A program made the position numbers and the translations under genes. 64,000 nt of DNA. Origin: the human T2T-CHM13v2.0 reference genome, Homo sapiens. Within the stretch, counting starts at the first letter, position 1, and each line of letters starts with the position of its first letter. This document shows, in pieces, positions 43,174 through 56,170 of this stretch. Where the stretch lies: NCBI RefSeq assembly GCF_009914755.1, contig NC_060937.1; one strand, written 5' to 3'. The notes beneath the pieces are model-generated. The model did not search any database, was not told the origin of the DNA, and saw only the letters and a program-made list of their open reading frames with translations.

Positions 43174-45314
43174 TTTTTAAATGTCTGGAATTGGGGACTT
43201 ATACGGCTCCTCAAACACCACTCTCCAACACTGCTGCCTGGGAGCATCTCTTACGTGCTCTCCATTACCACGGTCAGCACCAACATTCTGGATCCACTAT
43301 TTTTCTATTTTTATTTTTCCTTTCGATTCTGGCTCCCATCCCTGTGGTTATATTTACTGTGGAGCATACATCTTTACTGCTGGCAGCTGCTGCATCACGT
43401 TGTTATGTTAATGCCTACAGAACTGCAGACAGTGCCAATGCAGAAATGTGCAGAAGCTGCTCCCCTGTGCCTCTGTTTCTTTATGGTGTGCGACCATCCA
43501 CAGTAGTTTAATTCTTCTCCAGCAGCGACCCCAGGATTCTAATGATTCACAGAGATTTTTAGTGCAACATATCTTTCAGGTTTTCATTCACTGTTATCTC
43601 TCCCAAAAATTCAAATTCATGTCTATAGGAGTTAGAATGAATAATTAAATGTATCCATTTGCATAGCCATTTGCTCATTCAGTTGACGTACTTTTATTAA
43701 GTTCCTGTTAGGTGCGAGGTGCACACCCAGGGAGTGAGAACACGATGAAGTTATCACTCTCTGCCAAATCAAGTGAACAGTCCAGTTTAGCAGAAGAGAC
43801 AAATATTCAAAAAAAATAAACATAGCCCCAAATATTTACAGAAAACTTATTATCTGCCAGGCATTTAGAATGGAATAATAAATAAAATTGACTAAACCCC
43901 TGACTTCTTGATTTAGAAGCCCATGTCCTTTACAGAGGCAGTTAATATACTCAAATAGTAGTAGCACCATATTATATGTTGAATCATGGCTAGAGTGTAA
44001 CTTAAATAGAACTTTCTCTCTAAAAATACAGCATTTCAACAGAGATCTAAATAATGATAGAAAAGGTATTCCAGGCAGAAGACCATCAGGCAATTAAAAT
44101 AAAATATGCAAATCCATTATAATTATTACATTTTAAGTAGCTCCTCTGAAAGGTTTTTTTGATCAGTGTCATGATTTATTAAGGTATTATATTCTGCTTC
44201 CATGTTTGACATTTTTGTTAAAATTGTTATCCTACATTTTTGCCTCTTCCTTTCCCTGTTAAAGTTAAAACTACATTCTGGATTAACCTGGACAGCAGAA
44301 AGCAAGTAATTTTAATTTATCAATTTTCTCAATTTAAAATACCAAGTTAGTTACTAGTTACCAAATGTTGGTTCAAATGCTTTCAGTCTATTCTTTTCAA
44401 AAATCATTAATTCTTTGGTTGAAGTCGATAGGCATAGGCAAGCTAAACATTCACATTGATTAATCATCAACTATTTAAGCGATTCAATCAAGGAAGTAAA
44501 GGATAATCATTCTGGGCATTTGTAATAGTTAATTAGATTCTTTTAAGGCCAAGACATTCCAATTTAACTCTTCATGAATGGTTTACTTTGAAAAACTGAT
44601 CATGATTGCATGTGATTATTACAGTAAAGAGATATGACACAAGAGGCAAATTGACACAAATGTGTTACGGTTTATATATATCATACTAATAAGATGAACT
44701 TCCTAGTTTACACAGAACCAAGTAAACTATTCTTGTTTTCTTTTCAATGCAATATACAGGACCCTTCAGTTTACAAATTAATAATGAATATTTTTTATTA
44801 ATAAGTATTTTGAATATATATATATACACCTACTACATTTTATTTATCTTTGGAAGTTTAATATTATATATAAATTAATGCCAATGAAAAGGTTTTTTTT
44901 TAATTTAAGCGTTAGGTAATTGAGTTGTTCATTAAAATTAAGTAGTAAATATTTCTATGCATTTTGAGCTGCCTATGTTTTTAGTGAGCAAGTTGAACAC
45001 TACTTTAGGCTATGGCTTGTGACATCCCCTTTTTTTTATATTTAATAATAATGTGGGTTTTGAGTGGGTTTCCAAAACCCACTCAAACACTGTATATCCT
45101 GAAGTTTGAAATGCTATTCCTTGGGCACTGAATTCTAGGCATATTTAGGGTCATTTTAGGCAGATGGCAAATGCATGAAGTTAGCTCCAACTCTGACTCA
45201 GGAATTTTGTTGAACAAAAATAAAATCAGTGAGTAAGTCCTCACAGAATTTCAAGTAACATAATCTCATATATAATTTCCAATGTTGGCATTATTTCAAA
45301 ATCATAGATTGCAT

Positions 45315-45730
45315 TTGTTATCTATTACTATGCTGCAAATCATCCCAAAATACAACAGCATAAAACAAAAACATTTATCCTTCCATTTCTGTCATCAGAA
45401 ACCTGAAATCTCCTCTTGGTCCTGTGGCACAGGATTTCTCTCAATGCGGCAAAATCATGTTGATGAGTGAAGCTGAATTATCTCAAGATTGATCAGCTGT
45501 TGCAACAGAAAGGGATAACCCTTGTTACTTTCTTTCTCTTTGTCTTCTTTCTGCATAATGCCTAACATGGCGATATAGTGAAAGTGAGTGGCTTTTGCCC
45601 AGAGGACTAAAAGATGGAATGTTTGGAAACCGAAAAATTTCTGAAAAATCACAGAGAGGAAAGAGACTTTTGAAGCAGGTGAAAGGCTTTGAACTCCTGG
45701 GCACAACTTCATACTGTGTATGCATGCATC
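45315..45730 (-). mobile_element. Old MLT1-like LTR
   Basis: atctattactatgctgcaaatcatcccaaaatacaacagcataaaacaaaaacatttatc. Confidence 0.5.
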
Positions 45731-48494
45731 TGATTTGAGTTAGCAAATGTAAGACTTTGTAAATTGAAAAAAAAAGTGTAGATATCCATCAACATCTCAG
45801 ATGGACCACCGTGTGTTGTTAGCACCAAACAAAACTAAATAGCTCTTTCGCATCTTTAAAAAATTAACCTTGGAACCATAGACTACAAAAGGTAGGTTAT
45901 AAAGTGCAGCCCCAAATTGATTGCCTACTAAGGTAAAATATCAGTATTATATATCACGTTTAGTAAAATAACTAAAGTCTTCACCTCTGGGTGAAGGATA
46001 CAATCCAAAATAGAAGAACGTAAAAGGAATCATGACAATTTCAACTTGAATTTGAAAAGAAAATCAGTGAATATCAGTATGATGAATTAAAAAATGGAAA
46101 TAATTCATTAAAGAATATAAAGCAGCTTACAAAAATGCTCAAATATACAAATATGAACACTCGACATAAATAGAAAAATATGAATTCTCTATAAATAAAA
46201 TAATAAAAATCAAAAGCTGTAGTATTAAAAAGATATAAAAACTAAAATATATATCTAAAAACACTTACCAGATGGACTCAATAGCAGAAACAAGGGGAAG
46301 CTATGTCAGCAAGATGAGAGAATAAAAAGTCCCAGCCCAGGTTCCTTCACAGACAAAGTAAATTAACAAAAATGTACAGACCAAAAAAATCTTTATGGGA
46401 ATTCTAGGAACCAGTTAAGAATTTGCAGTATGCCAGGCAAATACAAAGCTCAGAATAGCTGCATTGAAATAGGTGAGAAGAGTTGTTTAATTTTATCTAC
46501 AATATTACCCCTTCCACAAGCCCACACAGCTCAGCTCAGTTTGTACCTTCTGGACTAGTGGGTGGAGAATAGTGAAATATGCATTCAATGTTGTAGCTTT
46601 TATACAGGGCTACCCTGAGGAACAGGGTTCTGTTTGCCTGACTCAAAGCACTAATGGAACCAACATAGTTTGAATGTCTCCAGGCTGCTGAAAGCAAAGG
46701 TGGGCAAGGGTGGCTTGTTGCAGCATCAGACGGTCTACAGATACAGTGCTACGGATCAGAAGGTCTACAGATACATGTCTACATATACAGTGTTACAGAT
46801 ACGGTATAGCTCAGCACAACCTAAGGGAGTCGTGGCCTCTCTCACAGAATGGAGGGAGGAAAATGAAGCATGCATCTAGAATTTTGGGTTTTCTGATAGC
46901 TTCTCAAGGAACTGAAATGTGTGTTGCCTGATCTAGGAAAATGATGGAGAACTTGCATAATTTATAAGCCTCAGAGTCACTGAGAAGAAAGGAGAGAGGT
47001 ATGCCTTACACTGTAGCACCAGAGAGCCTGACGTACCACCGACAGGCACCAGAGGGTGAAAAAAATTTGTGAGTTCCTGAAAAGGAAACCAGCAAACCTC
47101 TCTAACTGAGAAATTACACATTAAATCCCAGAGAATTTGTATCCCCCCAAAAGGTTGTACTGCCTCCCCAAATATTATTCAAGCTGATTACTGAAGGTCT
47201 TCCCTGCATAAAGCCCTTAGTCTATAAAGACTGGCAGAGGTGGCAGTTGTTTTCAAACACATAAAACTCAGCAAATAAATAAGTAAAGATTCAGAAGACA
47301 CACAGGAGAAAAGAGAAACACAGCCCAATCAAAGAAATAAAATAAATCTCCAACAATGAACCCCAACAAAACAGAGAACAATTGATTGTGTTACATAGAA
47401 TTCAAAATAATAATCTTAAAGAAGGTCCATGATCTACAAAAGAACAGATAGAAAATTAAATAAAATGAGGAAAATAATACATAAATAAAAAGAGCATAGA
47501 AAAGAAAAAAGAGATAAAAGAAAGAAAATATATAAAAAAGGAATTTATCTAGCTGAATAATAGAAGTTGACTACATGGCTACAGATGTAGACTTGAGTAA
47601 ACAGAAGAAATAGTTTTCTAGTTTCAGTAAACTAGAAAACAGGTCATTAGACATTACCAAATCAGAAGAGAAAAAATAAAGTGAAGCATGCCTAAAACAT
47701 ATACGACACCACCAAGCTGACCAATATATGCATTATAGGACATCCAGTAGAAGAAAAGAGAAAGGGGCAGAGAGCTTATTTGAAGAAATAATGACCAAAA
47801 ACTCCCCCTAACTGAGGAAGAAAATGAACATCCAAATTCAGGAAACTCAAATTACTCCAATTAGGATGAACATAAAAAGGACCACATTGAGACATGTTAT
47901 AATCAACCTATTGAAATAAAAGACAAAGGATCTTGAAAGCAGCAAAGAAAAACAACTTGTCATGTACAAGGGAACTCCTCTTATATTATCAGTGGACTTT
48001 TAGAAGAAACCTTACATGTCAAAAGAGAATGGAATGATTTATTTAAAATAATGAAAATATACATTGCCAATTATCCTGTCAGTCAAAACAAAAGAATGCT
48101 ATATAGCAAACAAAACATACAACAATATAAAGTTTGCTGGTAAAGGTAAATGTATAGATACGTAGGCAATATTGAAATGGTGATGTATAAAGCACTTTTA
48201 ATTCTAGAACAGAATGTAAAAGAAAATAGTATACCAATAACTATAACTATAAAATGATGTTAATGGATACATAATACACCAAGATGTAATTTGTGACATC
48301 AATAACACAAAGTGAGGGTGGGGAGATGTAAAAAAGTAGAGTTACTGTCTACAATAAAAGCTAATGTGTTATTAGCTGAAAATAGATCATCATAACTATG
48401 AATGTTTGATATAAGCAACCTGTTAATCATAAAGAAAATACCGATGTGAGATACACAAAATAAAGTGAGAAAAAAAATAACTAAGAGAGATGGA

Positions 48495-48819
<325 letters not shown>

Positions 48820-49070
48820 TTAATTCTACAACATTTTATTTTTAAAATAATTTAAGAATTTTGCTAAAGTAACTACTTTAATTTTAAATATCTTAAGCTT
48901 CCTAATCAAGAGACATAAAGTGGCTGTATAGATTTAAAGATATATAGAACCAAATGCTTTTTACAAAAGACTTGCCTTAGTTGCCAAGGCACACAGAAAC
49001 CTAAAGTAAAAGAATGAGAAATATTTTCCACAAGAGAGCAGCAGTGGATATAGGTACAGATAAAATAGAC

Positions 49071-49240
49071 TTTAAGACAAAAACTGTCACAAGAGGCAAT
49101 GAAGAATATTATGTAATGATAAAAAGGTCAATTTACAGGAAGATACAATAATTTTAAGACAAAAACTGTCACAAGATGCAATGAAGAATATTATATAATG
49201 ATAAAAAGGTCAATTTACAGGAAGATACAATAATTTTAAG
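49071..49240 (+). repeat. 82-bp tandem duplication within L1 ORF2
   Basis: Units start at 49071 and 49153, 2 mismatches; tttaag at all three junctions. Confidence 0.95.
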
Positions 49241-49344
49241 TATATATGCATTTAATATGAGAGCACCAAATATATGAAATGAACATAGAATTAAAGGGGA
49301 AAATAAACAGTAACACAATAATAGTAGAAAAGCTCAATGCTTTA

Positions 49345-49750
<406 letters not shown>

Positions 49751-50150
49751 CTATGCAATAGCATCAGAATACACATTATTCTTAAGCACACAAAGAACAT
49801 TCGCCAGAACAGATCACATTTTAGGCCACTAAAACTGGTATGACAAATTTAAGAAAACTAAAATAATACAAATATCTTTTTCAATCACAAGAGAAAAAAA
49901 CTAGAAGTCAATAGCAGTAGGAAAATTAGAAAATTTATGTGAATATTATGTAACCCACTTTTGAAAAACAAATGAATAATGGAAGAAATCAAATGAAATT
50001 AGAAAATGTCTTGAAACAAATGAAAATGGAATCACAGCATATCAAAACTCATGCAATGACGCAAAATCAGAACTATAAGGGAAATACACAATACTAGTCA
50101 CCTTCATTTAAAAAAGAAGAAATATCTCATATCATAGAAAAGATCAACAG

Positions 50151-50460
50151 GGCCCAGTCCAGTGGCTCACGTCTATAATCCCAGCACTTTGAGAGGCTGA
50201 GCAGGGTGGATCATTTGAGGTTAGGAGTTCGAGACTATCCTAGCGAACACAGTGAACCCTATCTCTAATAAAAATACACACAAGCACACAAAAATAGCCT
50301 GGTGCGGTGTCCTGTATACCCAGCTACTCTGGAGGCTGTAGGCAGGAGAATCACTTGAACCCGGGAGACAGATGTTGCAGTGAGATGAGATTGTGCCACT
50401 GCACTCCAGCCTGGATGACAGAGTGAGAGTCCACCTCAAAAAAAAAAAAAAAAAAAAAAA
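50151..50460 (+). mobile_element. AluS
   Basis: Dimeric Alu with long A tail. Confidence 0.93.
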
Positions 50461-51177
50461 TCAAAATTTTTAGTGAAAAGATCAAAATGGATGATCTTAA
50501 GCAAGATTACCTACAGAAATAAGCGGGAGAAGCTCAAATAAACAAAATCAGAAATGAAAGAAGAGGCTGTAGCCACAGATGTAAACATGATTATAAGAGA
50601 ATACTGCAAACAATTATACGTCAACAAAATGAATAACTTAGAATACATGGATAAATTCTTAAAAGCATACAAGGTACCAAAACTGAATCAAGAATGAAAA
50701 TACAAAGACTGAAGAAACAGAAAATCTGAACAGACTTACAAGACATAAGGGAATTAAATCAGCAAAGAAAAACTTTCCAATGCATTAAAAAAATGTCATC
50801 AGGACAAGATGACTTCACAGATAAATTTTACCAGACATTTAAAGAAGAGTTAATGACAATCCTTTAAGAATTATTTCAAAAAATTGAAGGAAAGAGAATA
50901 CTTCCAAACTCATATTATGAAGCCAACATTATTCTCTGGTACCAAAGCCAGACAAAGACACTACAAGGAAAGAAAATTAAAGGCCAACATTACCCAATAA
51001 ACAAATACACGTGATTTCTCGACAAAAGTCTAGCAAATAGAAGTCAGTAGCATATTGAAAGGATCATATGTTATGACCAAGACAAATTTATCATTGGGAT
51101 GCAGGGATGGTTCAACATATGAAAATCAATGAATATAATACACCACAATAAGAGAATAAGGGATAAAAATCACATGA

Positions 51178-51595
51178 TTTTGTCCCCTCCAAACCTCATG
51201 TTAAAATGTGATCCCCAGTGTTGCAGGTGGGGCCTACTGGGTGGTGTTGGGGTCATGGGGGCTGATCCCTCATGAATGGCTTGGTGCCCTTTCTGCAGTA
51301 ATGAGTGAATTCTTGCAGTTTTCACTCTACTAGTTTATATGAGAACTGTTTTTTTAAAAAAAGAGCATGGCATCCCTACCCTTTTCTTGCCCCTCCTCTG
51401 GCCATGTGACATGCCAGCTCCCCTTACCTTTTGCCATATGTAAAAGCTTCCTGAGGCCCTCACCAGAAGCCAAGCAGATGCCAGTGCAATGCTTCTTGTA
51501 CGGCCTACATAACCGTGAGCCAAATAAACCTGTTTTCTTTATAAATTACTCAGTCTCACGTATTCCTTTATAGCAACACAAAACAAACTAATATG
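51178..51595 (+). mobile_element. MST (MSTB-like) solo LTR
   Basis: tgtcccctccaaacctcatgttaaaatgtgatcccc...ccctcaccagaagccaagcagatg; 5-bp TSD catga at 51173-51177 and 51596-51600. Confidence 0.9.
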
Positions 51596-51997
51596 CATGA
51601 TAATTGCAGACAAAATAAACATCCCTTAATGATTTAAAAAATACACTACAATTTAGCACTAGAAGGAAACTTTCTCAACATAATAAAGGTCATATATATT
51701 AGAACCCACAGATAGCACTGTATTAATGGGGAAAAACAAAAGCTTTCCCTCTAAGATCAGGAGGAAGGCAAGGTTGCTAATATTCACTGCTTCTATTTAA
51801 TACAGTACTGGAAGTCCTAATCAGAGCATAGGCAAGAAAAAGAAATAAAGGAATACAACTGGAAAGAAAGAACTAAAATTTTCTATGTTTATAGATTATT
51901 TGATCTTATATGTAGAAAGCCCCAAAAACTCCACAAAAGAACGGTTAAATCTAATAAACAAATTTGCCAAAGTTGCAAGATGAAAAGTCACACTCAA

Positions 51998-52291
51998 GGT
52001 AGGAATCGGTGGCTCATGCCTGTAATCCTAGCACTTTGGTAAGCCAAGGGAGACAGATCACTTGAGGTCAGGAGTTCAAGACCAGCCTGCCCAACATGGT
52101 GAAACCTCGTCTCTCTGAAAATACAAAAAAAAATTAGCCAAGTGCGGTGGTGCACACCTGTAATCCCAGCTACTCAGGAGGCAGAGGGAGATTGTTTGAA
52201 CCCTGGAGGCAGAGGTTGCAGTGAGCCAAAATTGGGCCACTGTACTCCAGCCTGGGTGACAGAGTGAGACTCTGTCTGAAAAAAAAAAAAA
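51998..52291 (+). mobile_element. AluS
   Basis: Dimeric Alu with A tail. Confidence 0.93.
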
Positions 52292-52902
52292 TCATATTCA
52301 AAAGTCAGTCATATTTCTATACTAACAATGAACAATACAAAAAGCTATGTAATTAAGCAATTCCATTTACATTAGCCTCAAAATGAATGAAATACTTAAG
52401 AATAAATGTAAGGGGTGAAAGACTTGTACACTGAAAACTATAAGACATTTGTTGAAGAAATGAAAAAAGATACAAATAAATAAAAAGGTATCACATTTCC
52501 ATGATTTGAAAGACTCAGTATTGTTAAACTGTCCATACTACTCCAAATAATCTATATTCAATCCAATCCCAATCAAAATTCTAGTTGCATTTTTGGAAAA
52601 TACAGGAAATATGGGATCTCAAAGGACCTCAAATACCCAACACCATCTTGAGAAAGACAAAGGTCTAGAAGCCTCACACCTCACACTCTGATTTTACAGT
52701 ATATTACAAAGCTATATATTACAAATCAAAACTGTATGGCATTGGCATAAAGACAGACACAAAGACAAATGGAATATAAATAAATCTAGAAATAGAAATA
52801 GGAAGTCCGGAAATAAGCCTTCACATGCCTGGCCATATGATCTCCGACAAGACTGTCAAGACTATGCAATGATGAAATGATGCTTCAACAAATGGTGTTT
52901 GG

Positions 52903-53600
52903 ACAGTTAGAATGGCTATTTGTAAAAAGTCAAAAAACAACAGATGCTGGCAAGACTGCAGAGAAAAGGAAATGCTTATACACTGTTGGTGGGATGTAAA
53001 TTAGTTCATCAGTTGTGGAAAACAGTTCGATTTCTCAAATACCTTAACATAGAGCTACCATTCAATCCAGTAATCCCTTACTGTGTATATACCCAAAGAA
53101 AAATAAATTATTCTACCAAAAAGACACATGCACATGCATGTTTATTGCAGTGCTATTCACTATAGCAAAGACATTGGAATCAAGGTGGGTTCCCATCCAC
53201 AGTGGATTGGATAAAGAAAATGTGGTACCTATACACCATGGAATACTACACAGCCATAAAAAAGAACAAAAAATCATGTCCTTTGTGCACCACGGAAGCA
53301 GCTGGAGGCCATTATTTTAAGTGAATTAACAGAGGAACAGAAAACCAAATCCCACCTATTCTCACTTAAAATAGGGAACTAAGCATTGGACACACATGAA
53401 CCTTGGAGTCTCCTAGAGGGTGTAGGGAAGGAGTGGGTCAAGGGCTGAAAAACTACCCATTGGGTACTATGCTCACTATTTGGGTGATGGGATCATTTGA
53501 ACCCCAAACCTCAGCATTATGCAATATATTTGTGTAACAAACCTGCACATGTGCTTCCTGAATCTAAAATAAAAGTTGAAATTTAACATAAATAAATTAG
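52903..53600 (+). mobile_element. L1PA16/L1PB-like 3' end (driver of the 3' transduction)
   Basis: cagttagaatggctatt...aaaactacccattgggtactatgctcac...gaatctaaaataaaagttgaa. Confidence 0.9.
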
Positions 53601-55186
53601 TTAAAAATTGCAAAGAAGAAAATCAATAAGTATCTAGTCTTATAATCCATTTGTTAAATATTTTAATTTACCTTTTTTCTTTCATAGAGTGATTGTGGCA
53701 AGGTTCTGAAGTCTGGTCTGTTTTAGGGTAATTTTGAACAGAATCCCAGGGCTTAATTTTGAGAATGCTACCCAGGAAAAGAAATAGGAAACGTATCTTT
53801 CTCATTACAGCTGCAGAAAAATGAATACATTCCCATTATAAAGTGTGGTAGATAAACTGGTAAGTTGCAAACGTTCATAAAAATATGTTTTTCTTTTTTT
53901 TCAGATTGGAGAATTTATGACAGTGGAAAATCTGTTCTGTATTTTGTCATCTGAATGTCAGAGTTTAATGCTAAATTTTATGTCATGAGATTTGGTAACT
54001 CCTAGAAGTGTTCAGACATAATTGTTTACTAAATGATTTGTTACACTGGAAATAAGAATTGAATTACATGTCTTAAGTAAATAGATACTTTTTTTTTTTC
54101 CTGTTGAGGTAAGAAATGGAAGTGTTCTACAATTTCCTTCCCTCTTAGTAAACATAAAAACTGAATTTGAGTGGTTTTACTTGATTCTTCAGACCCTGGA
54201 TATTTTCTCATTTAAAACTAAGTGGGTAACCTTGACCAGTTATCAGAGACATCAGCCCAATGACTCCCAGCTGAAGCCAATCTTGAGCTTGCAAAAGATC
54301 ACTGAAGGCCCAGTTAATTCTTTCTGGGGATGTTTTCTGCAGGTTTGCTAGCTGGCTCACACCAGCCATGGCAGAGCCTTTGTACTGAGAGAAGCTATGG
54401 AGCCCTGGAAAGTTAGGGACCAACAGGCAGATATGGTTGGGGTTAGTGTAATTGTGAAGGTGTGATGCCAGTATTGAGAGTGTAATTGTTATCGTCCTGG
54501 GGTTGTTTGTAAACATTGTCAAATAAAATGAATTTGATTTTAGATAAGAATTGACTTTATCTAAAGGGGTATTGCAATAGATGGGAAGCACCAAGCAAAA
54601 TATCTGCAAGTATTTGAAAGGTTAAGAAGATAAGGGGTTCCTTTTACAGGGAGGAGCAAAAAAGATTTGAAAAAAGATGAAAGCTGGAGGGCAGTATGGA
54701 GTGTGGCAAAATTAGATCCCAGATCAGAGGATATTTCACCCTGAAGTTAGCCTATTCTTAGGAGGAGGCATAAAGATAAGTTGTATGTAAGCTCAGACTG
54801 AGGGTGAATCAAAGTTCAAGGCCTGTGGGAAGGAGAGAATCTTAAGCAAAATTTGTTTAACAAGTATTTTGTTCTGACCACTGAAGATAAAATTGTTCAT
54901 TTGATTGTGGAAGAAAAAGGGGAATTTGCAGAGTCTGTGTCTGGCTTTGTGATAGTTACAAAGTGAGCATCATATAAGTCATATAAGTCATAATGGTAAG
55001 CATGTCTCTTTGCAGTAAGCTGCTCTTGGAGAGCACAACTGAAGGGGGATTTTCTCAATCATGGCTATTTAGCAGGGTTACCTACTCGCTCCATCTTTCC
55101 TTGCCATTTACATCTCTTCCTCTTGGCTGTTCCTGAATTGTATCCTTTATACTAAACTGGTGAAAGTAAAGTTAAACATAAAACAA
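53601..55186 (+). other. L1 3'-transduced segment (unique DNA plus LTR-like pieces) ending in a decayed A-rich tail
   Basis: Enclosed with the L1 3' end by TSD caacaa(a/g)tggtgtttgg at 52886-52902 and 55187-55203. Confidence 0.8.
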
Positions 55187-55822
55187 CAACAAGTGGTGTT
55201 TGGGAAACTGAATATCCACATGCCAAATATGGAGATGGGTCTTATTTTACAACATATATATACATTAACTCACAGATTTATGCATAAGGCCTAAAACCAT
55301 AAAACTCCTAGAAGAAAACATAAGAGAAAAGCTTCAGGGCATTAGAAGGTCCAATGAAACCAAAAGCACAGGTGAAAAAGACTAAAATAAATTATACTAC
55401 ATTAAACTTAAAATATTTTGTGCAGCAAAGGAAACAATAAAGTGAAAAGGCAACCAACATAATCTGAGAAAATATTTGCAAAGCATATATTAGATAAAGG
55501 GTTAATATCCACAATATATAAAGGACTTCTACAACCTAATAATAATAATAAAAAACTCAATTAAGAAATGGGCAAAATACTTGAGATTTTTCTCCAAAGA
55601 AGCTATACAAATGGCCAAAGATGTATGAAAATATGTTCAAAATCATATTCAAATAATTGCAAATTTAGTCCACAGTGAGATATCAGCTTACATCTGTTAG
55701 GATAGCTGCTGTCAAATGACAACAATGACAAACAGAAAATAATAAGTCATGAGAATCTGGAGAAACTGGGACTCTTGCACACTGTTGGTGAGATTGCTAA
55801 ACAATATAGCCACTATGAATAA

Positions 55823-56170
<348 letters not shown>

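Noticed and set aside
54208-54609. 133-aa minus-strand ORF in the transduced segment as a retrogene
   Set aside because: No recognisable domain; it lies in LTR-like sequence and is antisense to the transduced transcript
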